Shown here in pieces: positions 1 to 12,610 of a DNA stretch of 64,000 nucleotides. The stretch comes from Xylographa opegraphella (taxonomy: Eukaryota). Below the pieces are notes generated by a model. It was not told the DNA's origin and did no database searches. It saw only the letters and a program-made list of their open reading frames with translations. The first letter of the stretch is position 1. Each line of letters opens with the position of its first letter. The DNA is taken from assembly GCA_022813865.1 (NCBI GenBank), contig JALDZX010000055.1, positions 1 to 64,000 of the forward strand, read 5' to 3'. A program made the position numbers and the translations under genes.

Positions 1-208
1 CCGAATATACGATTACTGTTGCCCCCGCCCTGATCCAAATACACGTGCCTTTTAATAAATATAAATATAGGGTAGGGTTTCGGCGTGGGGATGTGCATTA
101 ACATCGGGCCGTGCACGGAGCCGGGAAAACTCTTAAACGAACATCTTATCGGTTTCCCAAAAACTTTTCCTAAACACTACAGCTGATCAAGCTCTAAGGC
201 TATTCACG

Positions 209-2503
209 ATGGAATCTAGACGAAAGCGGCGGCGACTCCTCACCCATGGGGAGGCCGTGCTGCCAGCTACAGAACAAGCTGGAGCAAGTACGATAAGCGA
301 CGGAGTCGAGGACCTGCATCACAAACAGAACGCCCCACAATCAAGATCCCTTTTTGTTCGGTCCCTCCCGTCTACTGCCACAACTGAAAGCTTAACGGAG
401 CTCTTCTCCCAGTCATATCCTTTGAAGCATGCTACTGTGGTATTAGATCCTATTACAAAGAAGTCCAAAGGCTACGGTTTCATAACTTTTGCCGACGCAG
501 AGGATGCACAACAAGCTCGGGAGCACTTCAATGGATCGACTTTTGAGGGCCGAAAGATCAAAGTAGAGGTTGCAGAGCCCAGGCATCGTGAGGTTGAGAA
601 TGGAGGCCCTAGTGGACGTCAGAAGAGCCAGCAAACACCTGCTGCAATCAAAGCCAAAGCAGACCGCCAGAAAGAAAGACTTGAGAGTACAAAGTCCCCT
701 AAACTTATCGTTCGGAATCTGCCTTGGTCCATCAAAGACTCGGATCAACTGGCTTTACTGTTCAGGAGCTATGGCAAAGTCAAGCATGCTACACTTCCCA
801 AGGCGAAAGCTGGGTTATCTGCAGGATTTGGATTCGTTGTTTTACGAGGGCGGAAGAATGCGGAAAAGGCACTAGCTGGTGTAAATGGAAAAGAGGTGGA
901 TGGCAGGACACTTGCTGTGGATTGGGCCGTTGAAAAGGAGGAATGGGAAACACTGCAAATGGGCAAGGAGGTGGACGAGAAGTCTGACATCGAATTCGAT
1001 CAGCTAGAATCATCGTCAGATGATGAAAGCACAGTGAAATCTGAAGACGATGAAAAGGACTCGTTAGACCTTGATGGTGTACCACTAAGTGATGCTGAGC
1101 ATTTAGACGCCGGAGAGGATGACGATGACAAAGACTTCGATTCCGATGACACTGATCAAGATAGACCATCCGGTGGGAAGTCGCAGGATAATTCGACGAC
1201 TCTTTTCGTCCGTAACTTGCCATTTACCTGCACGGACGAAATCTTGCAAGACCACTTCAAATCTTTTGGCGCGGTGCGGTACGCTCGAGTGGTTTTCGAT
1301 CATTCCACAGGTCGATCTAAAGGCACTGGATTCGTTTGCATGTACAACCTCGACGACACTGCCGCTTGTCTTCGGGATTCTCCGCGGGTAGAGTCAGTCT
1401 CGACACAGGCTGACAGAAATCATGCTTCTAGGAACGCCAAGAAACACTCTCTTCTCGAGGACACCCACACCGATCCGTTGGGACGATACACCATTGAAGG
1501 TCGTGTTCTACAGATTTCTCGTGCAGTCAATCGTGACGAAGCTAGTCGACTCACGACTGAAGGAAGCTCGATAAGAGATGCTCGTGACAAGGATAAGAGA
1601 CGTCTGTATCTCTTGTCGGAAGGCACAATTCATTCTAACTCACCGCTGTATAACACCCTGTCGCCATCAGAGGTTCAAATGCGCGAAGATAGCGCGAGAC
1701 AGCGGCAAGCACTCATCAAGAGCAACCCGTCGTTGCATTTGAGTCTCACAAGATTGTCCATTCGAAACATTCCCCGCAGTATCAGATCCAAAGATCTCAA
1801 GGCCTTAGCCAGAGAGGCTGTGGTGGGGTTTGCCAAGGATGTGAAAGATGCGAAACGAAGCCCACTTTCGAAAGAAGAGCTATCTCGCGGTGGCGACGAA
1901 CTCAAGAGGGCCGAAAAGGAGCGCAAAGCAAAGGGTAAGGGCATCGTGAAGCAAGCTAAGGTTGTCTTCGAAGGACGAGAAGGTGGCAAAGTAGCCGAAG
2001 AGAGTGGTGCTGGAAGAAGCAGAGGCTACGGCTTCGTCGAGTATGCCTCACACCGATGGGCTTTGATGGGATTACGTTACCTCAACGGTCATGCTGTGAA
2101 ACACACGAGTGAACTCAACCCCAAAAACGCTGTCAAAGAAAAATCTAAACGGCTTATTGTAGAGTTTGCAATCGAGAATGCACAAGTTGTGCAACGAAGG
2201 CAAGAGCGAGAGGTCAAGGCTCGAGAAAGGTCAAAATTGGTGGCCGAGAGGCGCGCGAGCAGTGATGTACCACCCACCAAGAAGGCCATCTCGAGAAACG
2301 ACATCATGGCTAGAACCAGGAAAGGCGCCAAAAGAAATGCCGGGAAACCGGAGGTGCGAAAGCAAGATTCTTTGGTGGAAAGGCAGTCTTTGGTTCAAAA
2401 TGGTTCCGCTGATCCGGTTCTTCCTGATAAGCAGGCGAAGCGACAACAAATCATAGGTAGGAAACGGATGTTACGAAAGGCACGAAAGATTACTAGAGCC
2501 TAA
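209..2503 (+). CDS. NOP4: Nucleolar RRM protein Nop4/RBM28 (60S biogenesis)
   Basis: 764-aa intronless ORF. Four RRMs (RNP2/RNP1: LFVRSL..KGYGFITF, LIVRNL..GFGFVVL, LFVRNL..KGTGFV, LSIRNI..RGYGFVEY), an acidic linker, DKRRLYLLSEG, RLIVEFAIEN and a basic tail. Confidence 0.93.
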   Translation: MESRRKRRRLLTHGEAVLPATEQAGASTISDGVEDLHHKQNAPQSRSLFVRSLPSTATTESLTELFSQSYPLKHATVVLDPITKKSKGYGFITFADAEDAQQAREHFNGSTFEGRKIKVEVAEPRHREVENGGPSGRQKSQQTPAAIKAKADRQKERLESTKSPKLIVRNLPWSIKDSDQLALLFRSYGKVKHATLPKAKAGLSAGFGFVVLRGRKNAEKALAGVNGKEVDGRTLAVDWAVEKEEWETLQMGKEVDEKSDIEFDQLESSSDDESTVKSEDDEKDSLDLDGVPLSDAEHLDAGEDDDDKDFDSDDTDQDRPSGGKSQDNSTTLFVRNLPFTCTDEILQDHFKSFGAVRYARVVFDHSTGRSKGTGFVCMYNLDDTAACLRDSPRVESVSTQADRNHASRNAKKHSLLEDTHTDPLGRYTIEGRVLQISRAVNRDEASRLTTEGSSIRDARDKDKRRLYLLSEGTIHSNSPLYNTLSPSEVQMREDSARQRQALIKSNPSLHLSLTRLSIRNIPRSIRSKDLKALAREAVVGFAKDVKDAKRSPLSKEELSRGGDELKRAEKERKAKGKGIVKQAKVVFEGREGGKVAEESGAGRSRGYGFVEYASHRWALMGLRYLNGHAVKHTSELNPKNAVKEKSKRLIVEFAIENAQVVQRRQEREVKARERSKLVAERRASSDVPPTKKAISRNDIMARTRKGAKRNAGKPEVRKQDSLVERQSLVQNGSADPVLPDKQAKRQQIIGRKRMLRKARKITRA

Positions 2504-3582
2504 GACCTCATCTTCATGTGTTTGAAAGGTCTTCCAAACTCTTTCCAGTATCGATGGTCCGCCGGGGGCGACGTCTTGTTCACTAAAGTACTTTCCGACA
2601 AAGTAAGAATTGGATGATGGTCTGGCTCCAGATCTATCACTCATTGCTGGAATTGGGATCGTTGCACATAGAAGTTCCGGTTAGTGCTATCTGGCCCGGC
2701 CATCATAGCCTTGGTACCTATGATCTTGCATCGTTGCCGAGACTCATTCTGTACAAAATAAAGATGCATGTAGCCCCCAAATACGCATGTATCCGTTATT
2801 CTGTTTCCCCATCGTGCTCCGACTTCCGCTTCCTCCACCAACCCTCGTGTGACTTGTCATACTGCCTCCCTCAGCTTTGAGAATCGATCAAATTCTCCTC
2901 CTATCTCTCCTCTGAATATGTATCAATGTACTTGGAAGCTAGAATCGAGGTCTAACATCCTGTCTGATTGTTACCATGCATGACGCTCACTATCCATGGG
3001 AAGCCGCACACGGCGTGCAAGTCAGCAGCCGCCTTCCAAGCCTCCGATGCTGGTGCACTGATGCCGGCCGTCGCCATCAGACCCGGCATACGCAGGAAAA
3101 GACTCCAGAGACGGATGATTGTGAAACTGCAGTATCTGCATTGGAGCTGCTGCACGAAGAGAAATCAGAGAAAATTGCGAGGGCCATGAATACCGCAGAC
3201 CCAGGTTGCTCTCAAGCGAAGGCAAAAGAGAGGTTCATTCTATGTATATATATGGGGTTTCTTGAAACTGATATTCTCATCGCCATAGGCCAATTGTTCT
3301 CACATTCACGCCACACTCACCTCTTCACGGTCCTTGTACTCCCTACTGCGATATATTAATCACTCGAAGCCGCAGCTGCGCTCCATCCTTCCCGCTCTCA
3401 CGCCATCAGCGAGGTCCGCACCCCCGCCCAAATCACACAACCCGAATAAATATTTCTTCGGAATCGATCGTCGAGACTGAGACGCGGCTGAGATCCCCAG
3501 GGACCCGCTTTTTACCAGCATAATTAAACTCCCCACCCACACGCTTCTCACATTACCTGTCACCCCCCACACGGAGGCCGCG

Positions 3583-3879
3583 ATGTGCGACTTCGAGCTC
3601 ATCGTCTACCACTGTGGGCACGAGGGTCACCGCCGTTTTGCGTATTGCCATCACGCGCGCAACCAGCCCGGCCATATTTGCTCGGGCGTCAAGGCTTTGA
3701 AGCGGCTGTGGCACGCGGAGGAAGACTGCGACAGCTGTGTGCAGCAGCAGGAAGAGCAGAATCAGCAAGAGCAGTATCAACAACAACTGCAGCAGCAGCA
3801 GCAACAACAACAACAACAAGGTCAAGAATCAGGACAAGAACAACAACAACAAGAGGACGAAGAGATGGCGCACCCATAG
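3583..3879 (+). CDS. Small Cys/His-rich protein with poly-Gln tail
   Basis: ATG-initiated 98-aa ORF with MCxxxxxxxxCGH...YCHxAR...HxC...CxxC pattern, typical of small fungal putative Zn-binding proteins; C3-biased codons. Confidence 0.7.
   Translation: MCDFELIVYHCGHEGHRRFAYCHHARNQPGHICSGVKALKRLWHAEEDCDSCVQQQEEQNQQEQYQQQLQQQQQQQQQQGQESGQEQQQQEDEEMAHP
3740..3852 (+). repeat. CAG/CAA trinucleotide repeat (poly-Q coding)
   Basis: Runs such as cagcagcagcagcaacaacaacaacaacaa. Confidence 0.85.
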
Positions 3880-5936
3880 TACCAGGGTACCCATCAGTGA
3901 TAACGTCACTCCGAACTCTCGATATGTCCGAATGGTCACGGGGGTCGCGCTCAGTCCTCGCGCCGACAATTCAAGCCTCAAGGAGAGCCCGCTCCGCATC
4001 TTCCACACGGTGGCTCTGCGCTTCCGCCACGGGGCCACCACTCGTACATTTGATATACATTCAGGGCCTTTTCCGGATATGACGCCGGCTGTGCAATTTT
4101 TGTTCTATTCAATTTATTTTGTGGTTTCATGCCTTTTTTGGATACGGTCGTGTATGTGCTTGGTGGCTTGGCTTTTCTAGAATGCGAACGATTGGGAGGG
4201 GTTTCCCTCCATTGCGATAATTTCGGTTATTAATGACATATTTATTCCCGTGTCCCAATCCACTAGGTGCTCATGGTGAATGTGCCTTGATGGTGAAACA
4301 GTTGCTGGCAGTCGTTCACAAAGCCGCGCTGGTTGCTTGCGCGAGATGCGGTTTGGCTAATAATGGGGCCCGTGTCGTAGAAATAGCCCACCACCGTGCT
4401 TGTGAACCCCCTCCCTCTTTCCCTTTCACCACGAACCCTGTCCCTCTCCCTCTATACCCTATGATTTTACACACCACACCACACTACACCACATCCCTCC
4501 CCTCCCCCCCTACAGACCCACAACCCTCTCTCCCCATCAACCTCCTTCCACCAATCTCTCTCTTCCCAATTCCCCGTTCCTCCTTCCCGACTTCCTGTTC
4601 CACGTTCCCGGTCCCTTCCCCCCCCCCCCTCTTTCCGCACAAGCCGATTCGCGCGGAGCTCCCTCCGTCAGTGCACCCCGACGCGTTCCACAGCGGCGCG
4701 ACCAGGTGGCGCGTTGATCTGGCAGGTGGGACGGGACGGGCGTGTTTTCGCCGACGGGCTTGGATGGGGTGTCGGAGGTTGGTGGCACAGAGGCTTGGGG
4801 ACGGAGTGTTGGGGAGGCAGGGTTGAGAATTTGGGGGGGGGGAGGTGGTTGAGTGTTGGGGGAGGGTCATGGGGGTTGAGAGGTGAGTGGTGGAGCTGGA
4901 GGGGAGGGTGTGAGGGACTGGGGAGATGGATCGAGGGCGGTCTGGCCGGCTGGGAAGATGGGAAGATGGGGGGAGGCTGCGTTTCAAGTCACACGGCTAG
5001 GCGGTGGTTGGATGGGATAGGGCGTGGCGATGTAGGCGCGAGCTGGAGGGAGGTGGCAGGGCAGGCTTGGGCTGTGGTGGATTGGGACATGCGGTGGTGA
5101 AGATTCTGAAGCTGCGTGGCGAGGACAGCCGGAAACCGGGACCGCGGAGCGTGCTGGATCGGGGGATGGACGGGGGCTGAACCGATGCGGATGACGACCG
5201 TCGCAGATCCGGTACTGGAGCTAATTCCGTTGTCCCTGCATTGGCTGCGGAAGAGTGGTTCCAGCACTTCGATGTGCGTGTATTGATATTGCATCGGTAC
5301 CCTGTATGTGTGCGTCAGTCGGAAACGGGCTCGATGTCGCCATTTGGGCAGGACCTAGGAGCGGCCGCGAGCATGACTGATGCATGGTTCGGGCGCGGAA
5401 AGGAGTACAGTCGTTCGATTGATCGTGCTTTACTTCCGCTGTTCGTTCGATGCCTGCCTTGTGAAAATGCCGATCATCTTGCATCGGACCATGTGGCGTG
5501 ACAGAAATCCGGGGTACTCAGAGTCAGGCTTTTTGGCTTCACATGGCGTGGCGTGGTACAGAGCTGATGAAGTCTCAGGACAGCTGTCGACCACGTCGCC
5601 GTGCGGGGCATGTCGGCGATCGCGTGCTCTGGGAAGCTCTCGATATTATGGTTCTCCTCGTGCAAAAGGGGTGTGTGTTCAGCACATGTTCGCACGAGAA
5701 GGCTAGCAGTAATGGAAACTTCCTCCTGCAATCAGGCTAGCCATCGAAGCAAAAAGAAAGTAATCGTAGTCAGGCGGCGGAGCCAATCGATGCTCACGAT
5801 GCTCTCTGCTTTCCAGAAAGCGGGACCGTGCACCGTGTAGCACTTCAACTCACCACTGACCTAAAGCACCTTGCCACGCCGCTGTTGTGCAACACGTCAT
5901 ATCCGTAACTTCGACTCTGCAAACCCGATTCGCTGT

Positions 5937-6579
5937 TCATGATACCACCTTCCCCACTATATTGTACCTCTTACTGAAGAAAGTCATCCATTCGTTCAGG
6001 ACTGTCTTTTCCTTCTCCGGCAAATCCTCCCATTCCGGCCGGCAGTCCTCCGGCTTCACGGATGACATCGCCAGTGCTCGGGAGGCATCTTTCCCGGCGA
6101 AGACTATGAAAACAGAGTCAGTCGTTGAATGTTTGAAGCTGGCGCATGATTGTTCAAGTGCCGAATCGTGCTTGCAAGCGACGCCCGGCCTTGCGAGAAA
6201 CGGGCAGCGAACTACTCCGACGGTGTCACAAGCTGAGGGGAATGCTTTGGACGAGGAATTTGTGGAGGATGGCTGTAATACCGCGATATGGCCCTTTGGC
6301 AGCATAAGATGCATTTCCAGTCACGTCAAAGACAGTTCCCTTGATCGCTACCAAGGTAGGTTTCGAGTCATCGGTCCCTAATCGCATATCAAAAATCAAT
6401 ATCCTTAGTCCGAGCTGCCTTGCGCACTAAATTCTCTCATTGATGGAAGTCTATTGCTGCTTACCATCACATTTGGCAAGTTCTTCAACGGTGATTGGGT
6501 CTGATTTGGGGGCATCAAGCTGTGGAGGGTTCTTTGGAGCAAAGTTCTTCGGCTCCTCCACATGTCCAGTGGAAGCCAT
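5937..6579 (-). CDS. Cytochrome b5-like heme/steroid-binding protein (MAPR/Dap1-like), 3 exons
   Basis: Exons 6579-6465, ~6377-6282 and 6103-5937 splice to ...ITVEELAKCDGTDDSKPTLVAIKGTVFDVTGNASY...PYRVFAGKDASRALAMSS...EWMTFFSKRYNIVGKV. Confidence 0.9.
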
Positions 6580-7033
6580 GGCGAGCTGGATTAGAAACGG
6601 AGTAAATAGCAACTCAGCCTCCGGGACTGTCAACGATGTGAAGTCAGTGTTGAAGGAATTAGGGCGCAGCTTGCTAGCATGGACATCTATGCGGGGCACG
6701 GAGGAAAAGTGTCGGACACGGGCCGAGCCGTGTGTGGCTGGTGGAGGCTCTGCTCCAAGTACTTCAGACTAGGTTCTGTGTATATTGAATGCTCTCCTGG
6801 GGGAAGTGAATAGAAAATCGCAAGTGTATCATGTACTCGACATACATCATATGCCAAACGATTCAAGTTATTCGGCCCTCCGTGCGCGTTATCTAGGTCT
6901 TTCTAAATCCTGACCATTGAATCTGTGCCTGCAAGCTATTTGTTGGGATTCCACAATTAAATACAGATTTTAGCTTTGTACAATGCTTCGAGACGGTGGA
7001 ACAGCACCGCTAAATAGCGAAGCCTGTGAAGTC

Positions 7034-9099
7034 TCATGGCTGTACCGGCTGTTGGACCATCAGAGTCATCAACGAATGAGCAACCTCCGCCGCAGCGAGG
7101 ACCGTAATCTCGCCGGCGCTATCATAGATAGGGGCAACTTCAACAATATCGGCACCGATGATCTTCATTCCTTTGAGGCCGTCAAGAATTGAAAGCAGCT
7201 CCCGCGTGGTCCATCCACCGACTTCGGAAGTTCCTGTGGCTGTGGACAGAAGTCAGCTTGAGAAACTCAAGGAGTTGGTATCAATGCACGACCACGAGCT
7301 TTCCGTGTTGCAGAATCTATTGAGCATCGAGTACCAACTCTGAACCATCCCAAAATATCGCTAGAGCTCTGCCCTCGTACACTCAATAGCGGATCGCCGA
7401 ATGATTGAAATCAAGTTGCCATATAATGAAACAGACAGCTCACCTGGTGCGAATGCTGGATCTAGAACGTCAATATCCACCGATATGTATACGTTTGTGT
7501 CTCCGACTCGCGACTTAAGCTTGTCGATAATTCCACTGACGCCAATGCGGTCAATATCCTTGGCTCGGACGATCTCGAATCCACAGCGGATATCGTTTCT
7601 TAAGTCACCTTTCGGTCTGATTAGAGGAGCCCGAATTCCTGCATGGATCGATGTATTGCGGATCAGGCCTTCTTCATGGGCCAGGTGTAAGAATGTGCCT
7701 ATCGTCGTCTGAGTAAGGACATCTCATTCTAATTGGGGGCTCTGGAATACCGTGATTCACGCCACTAAAACCTCCTATCAGCTCATATGAACTACGTGAA
7801 TTGACAACACCGTAGGAAGCCTTGATTCAGCATAGGTTGCGACTTACGCATAATGTGATATACCTCCACCTGACTGCAATTAGCGGGCTCCAGCGAACAA
7901 CGATCTTCCGTGCTTACCAATCGTCTTCGGGTCCCAGGTATCTATCACCACATTAGCAAGAAACATTACATATTAGGATATATATATAGAGGTAACATAT
8001 GTGTATCGAGCACAAGATGGGTCGCTGTAAGAGATAGTATCAGCCTACCTATGTGGGAATCGAAATGTATCACGGAGACTTCGCCCCAATGTGCATACGT
8101 AGATCTTAGGGCTGCCAGCGTAGTAGTGTGATCACCGCCTAGGGTGATTATACGCGGGGTCGAAGACTTTCTTGTGGTGGCCGCTGCGCGGCCAGATATT
8201 ACCTGTCATAAAATTGGTATCAAGCACAGTTGATCCGACAGCGATAGGAAGAAATGACTGCCACGAGATTTTTGCTACACTCACCTTGTGAGCTTTCTCT
8301 AGTTGTTTTAGTGCAACAGTATTGTCAAGAAATGTGAGCGGTGCATCTCCGCAATCAATGATAGTCGCCCAATCGTCAAAAGAATTCTCTCCTAGGAATA
8401 ATCAGTCATTATTAGGTTCTCCAGGATCGTTGCGGGTAATGAATCTATTCAATTCCACTTACCAGTGTACACGCTCCAGCCTGCCACCGGGCTCATTCGC
8501 CGAGAGCCCTGTCGGATTCCTCCGGGACCAAACCTAGCTCCGGGTCTTGCAGTGACACCCTATCCAATGGCTTAGCATCAACGAGAGATCCATTAGATTG
8601 TGTGAATGCAATGCTTTAAGGCCCACGAGTAGAAGTAGTCGCGGTATGTCGCGGGTAATCATCGGGGTGGCTTTTGTTCTTACTCAGAGGGGGATAGCCA
8701 TTGATTGATTGAAATGCTTTTAGACTTCTTGACTCGGACATTTCCTGCCTTCGAAGACCGCAGAAAAGGGCATCGCCAACCAGCACCCAAAAAATGCAAG
8801 AACCAAAAAACCGAAATTGTATTTACCGTGTCGAATGGAGCCCCAAGAAAAGCAATGTCATACTTAGGTGCATCATCCGTATCTTCAAAACAATTGACAT
8901 ACGGCAGATGAGCAAAAGTGGTCAGCCCTGAGAACTGGCTTCCAGTTGTAATATCCACATCGTCAAGACTACCACCTGCTCGTAGCGACGATTGGTATGC
9001 ATAGATTGCATCGACAGGCGGAAATACAATTTCACGAGCACAAGTCGCAACAAGCAGAGAGCAAATGGCTGATACAGACAACAGCTTATTTGAAGACAT
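7034..9099 (-). CDS. Agmatinase/ureohydrolase (arginase family) with N-terminal signal peptide, ~9 exons
   Basis: Spliced motifs [74 protein letters not shown] introns with branch points. Confidence 0.92.
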
Positions 9100-10994
9100 T
9101 GTGTTGGAAGCAGCTGAAGTCAATGAAGGTGATGAGCGTCGGACTAAGATTTTCTCATCGTCATTGAGAGAGACCCGGTCAAGGTAGTCTGGCTCACGCA
9201 TCGGGCGGTGCTAGTGTTACGAACTAGATGCCGAGCTTGAGGCCGGCATGTAGAGCATCAGAACATGCCAGATCTATATATGAGGATGCCCAGAGTCAAC
9301 AGAGAACTCTTTGTTCTTAAATGAGAGTCTTCAGCTCGCCGCAAATATTTGCGTTATACCGCAGGTATCGCTTAAGATCGGGGATGCAAGACCATGCACT
9401 GCACTGATCTTTGCACTCTACTCAAATGTCCGTCTTCCTTTCATGAAGGAATATGTTGTCGACAATTGAATACTACACAAGCCACCGCTGTTGGTAGTTT
9501 CTCATTCTTCTTTGCACCAGCTGCCACATCACAATCAATGTCTAGTGCTCCAGATTCTGAGCTTCGTGCTCAACCGCGACTAGGGCTTCGGCTCTACATA
9601 GTTTTACTCTCCCCGAGCATCGTGCTCAACCTCTACGGGTCTATCCAAACCAGATTAGTCTTCTAATGTGGACTTCCTCTTGCATATTGAACGGAAATGC
9701 CTTGGAGTGCACATAGTTCTGATTAGAATCAAGGCCATTGATTCTGGCCGAAAGGGTCATGGCACCCACGCCGAGAAGTACCACCGATATCGTGACCTCG
9801 TTTAGCTATGAGCCTTGTAAGATGTCATTAGTCTGAACCCTGTGATCGATCGTTTGACCTCAGACAATGTGTATATGAATAGATGAGTTGCGGAATAGGA
9901 GCTTTTAGAATTCAAGCGCAATCAAGAGTTCAAAGCCGTACTATCCATTCTTCTGAGACTCGGCTGGCATATATTGACGCCTTACTCGAGCCGTATCGTG
10001 CAGATCACCTAAAGCTGAACCAAACAGTGATCAGTTGTATCCAGAAGTGTCTTCAATTGGTCCTTTACATACCAACCCAAAATAGACATCTTTCACCGGC
10101 GAATAACCAGTGACATCATCTGGCGTTCTTCTTTAAGATGGTCAAAACATACCGGCCGTAAGAAGTTACCACTATTGTTCAATGGGTTGAGTTTTTCTGG
10201 ATTCCCAGCCGCGCAAATCTTAACTTAGGTCGTCGTAAAAAGCCAAATCGAAATTGGGAGACTCAGAGATGTGCATTTTGAGTTGGGAACTCTGGTCTGA
10301 TTGGGTTACCCTTCGAAGCCGAACAATAGTGTGGTAGTAAATAGCATTAGACGATGAATAAAATTTGATGAAATGCCAGCTAAATATGTGGGACGGGGAG
10401 GGAGGTATCACATAGAGGTTTTTCTCCCTCTTTCGTCTCTCTCCATCTCTCTTGCTCGGGCTAGATATCATGCATGTTGTTCTTGCAATACATGTTCCGT
10501 AAACTGTATCATAGCACGCTGGGATTTTTCTTATGAGTGAAGACCGGCCCTCACCAACTCCCAGTGGCGGATGAATGCTCCGGTATTTCACAAGGCTCGT
10601 CAAGATGGATACACAAAGCTCGGCCGGTTGAGTTCCGAGCAATTGGGAGAAGGCAAGCTTATGAAAGGATGCGTTTGAATGGCTACGGTTCTCTATGCTG
10701 TGATAGGTTATCGCCGTAGATCTGGATGTGGCAAAGCGAAATCGCATGTCGGACCGCCTTTCCACACAGCTTCGGCTAAATACTGGTGAAATTCCTCCGA
10801 TGCCTTCTCCACAATCCCACGACGTAATGGGGCAGGTCGGCAGAGCAAGTCCCCAGCTTATAAAGGCCTCCTTCACACTGTTGCCTTTCGTTGTTCCTTG
10901 ATCATACACGAGTACCTCCTGCAACTCAATTGACCTTCTCACGCTTCAAATAAGAACTTAAACGTCTCAATCACATTCAAGTACATCTGCAGCC

Positions 10995-12395
10995 ATGGGT
11001 GACATGCCGAAGAGCCTCCGGGAGTCGATGGAGCATTCCAAAACCGAGTACAAGCGCTTGGGCAAATCGGGTCTGAAAGTTTCAGTCCCAATCTTTGGGG
11101 CTATGAGCTTCGGGCACGAAGACTGGCAGCCATGGGTTATAAACGAAGAGAAGGTATTTCATACCATGCTAAATGCATTATGCTCAAATCAGGTAGAGCT
11201 GCTCTGACAATTTCATCCAGGCACTGCCTCTCTTAAAGGCCGCTTACGACCGTGGTCTTAATACCGTATGTCTCTGAATCTTCGCCGAAGGGCACACCAC
11301 CTGACAGGAACGGGTTCATATGCTGACTCTTTTCAGTGGGATACCGCCAATGTGTACTCCAATGGTGTGTCTGAGGAGATTATCGGCAAGGCTATCAAAA
11401 AGTACAACATCCCAAGACACAAGCTGCTCATCCTGAGTAAATGCTTCGGTGCCGTCGGCGAGGAGCCAAGTGTACGGTCACAGATGTACCCGGACAAGAT
11501 TGAGCAAAGTAGAGATTACGTGAATCAGTTTGGTACGTCTCAGGACAATATGCTCCGAGGCAATCATCTCGATATTTTGCTCTCGAGAAATGCTACAGCT
11601 ACTGACATTCTTTGTTACTGAAAGGTCTCTCACGGCAAGCCATCTTCAACGCAGTTGATGCATCGCTCAAACGCCTTGATACGCCATATATCGATCTCCT
11701 TCAAATTCACCGCTTCGACAAAACTACCCCCATTGAAGAGACAATGGAAGCACTCCACGATATCGTCAAGTCCGGCAAGGTTCGCTACATCGGCGCGAGC
11801 TCGATGTGGGCTTACCAATTCGCAATGATGCAATTCTGTGCCGAGAAGAACGGATGGACGAAATTCGTCAGCATGCAAAATCATTATAACCTACTTTACC
11901 GTGAGGAAGAAAGGGAGATGAATGCATACTGTGACGCCACGGGTGTTGGCTTGATCCCAGTAAGTTTCGACCTTCTCAGAATTGTTTCCCAATGTATTGG
12001 GGCAGCTCTCAATCAAGGCATTGCGTACTGACTCCCGCTTCTCACAGTGGGCACCTCTTTGCCGAGGCTATCTGGCGCGACCCCCCGGGACCTTTGGCAG
12101 CACGGATCGATCCAAAGGCGACAAGGAATCAGAGAAGAATCACACCAGTACCGGCACTCCTCCCATTGACCAAAAGATCATTGTTCGGGTAGAAGAACTT
12201 GCGAAGAAGAAGGGCTGGAAAATGAGCCAGGTAGCATTGGCTTGGATCAACAAACGTTGCGCAAGCCCCATCATCGGTTTCAGCAGCGTCGAGCGGATGG
12301 ACGAGGCTATCGAGGCAAAGGGAAAGACACTGACGGACGAAGAAGAGAAATATCTCGAGGAGCTTTACGAGCCTAAGCAGATTATGGGACACTAG
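10995..12395 (+). CDS. Aldo-keto reductase (aryl-alcohol dehydrogenase-like), 5 exons
   Basis: Exons 10995-11153, 11221-11265, 11337-11532, 11625-11959, 12048-12395. Motifs [65 protein letters not shown]. Confidence 0.93.
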
Positions 12396-12610
12396 ATTAG
12401 AGCAATAGATGATTTGTGAAGCGAGCAGTATTTTCCCATTCCTGAAAGCCATCAATCAATAATGTACATAAACTCCCATGCCCACCTCACTCCACTCCAC
12501 TTCAATTTTTCTTATCCCTCACCCGCTCCATTATCTTCCCCAATCCTTGCCGAACCCTCTACCCTCCCCTTTCCCCATCCACCATCCAGCCCACTCGATC
12601 CCCCCACTCC

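Noticed and set aside
10220..10942. 240-aa minus-strand ORF upstream of the AKR gene
   Set aside because: Non-ATG start, no motifs or codon bias; overlaps the AKR promoter region, so likely a chance ORF.
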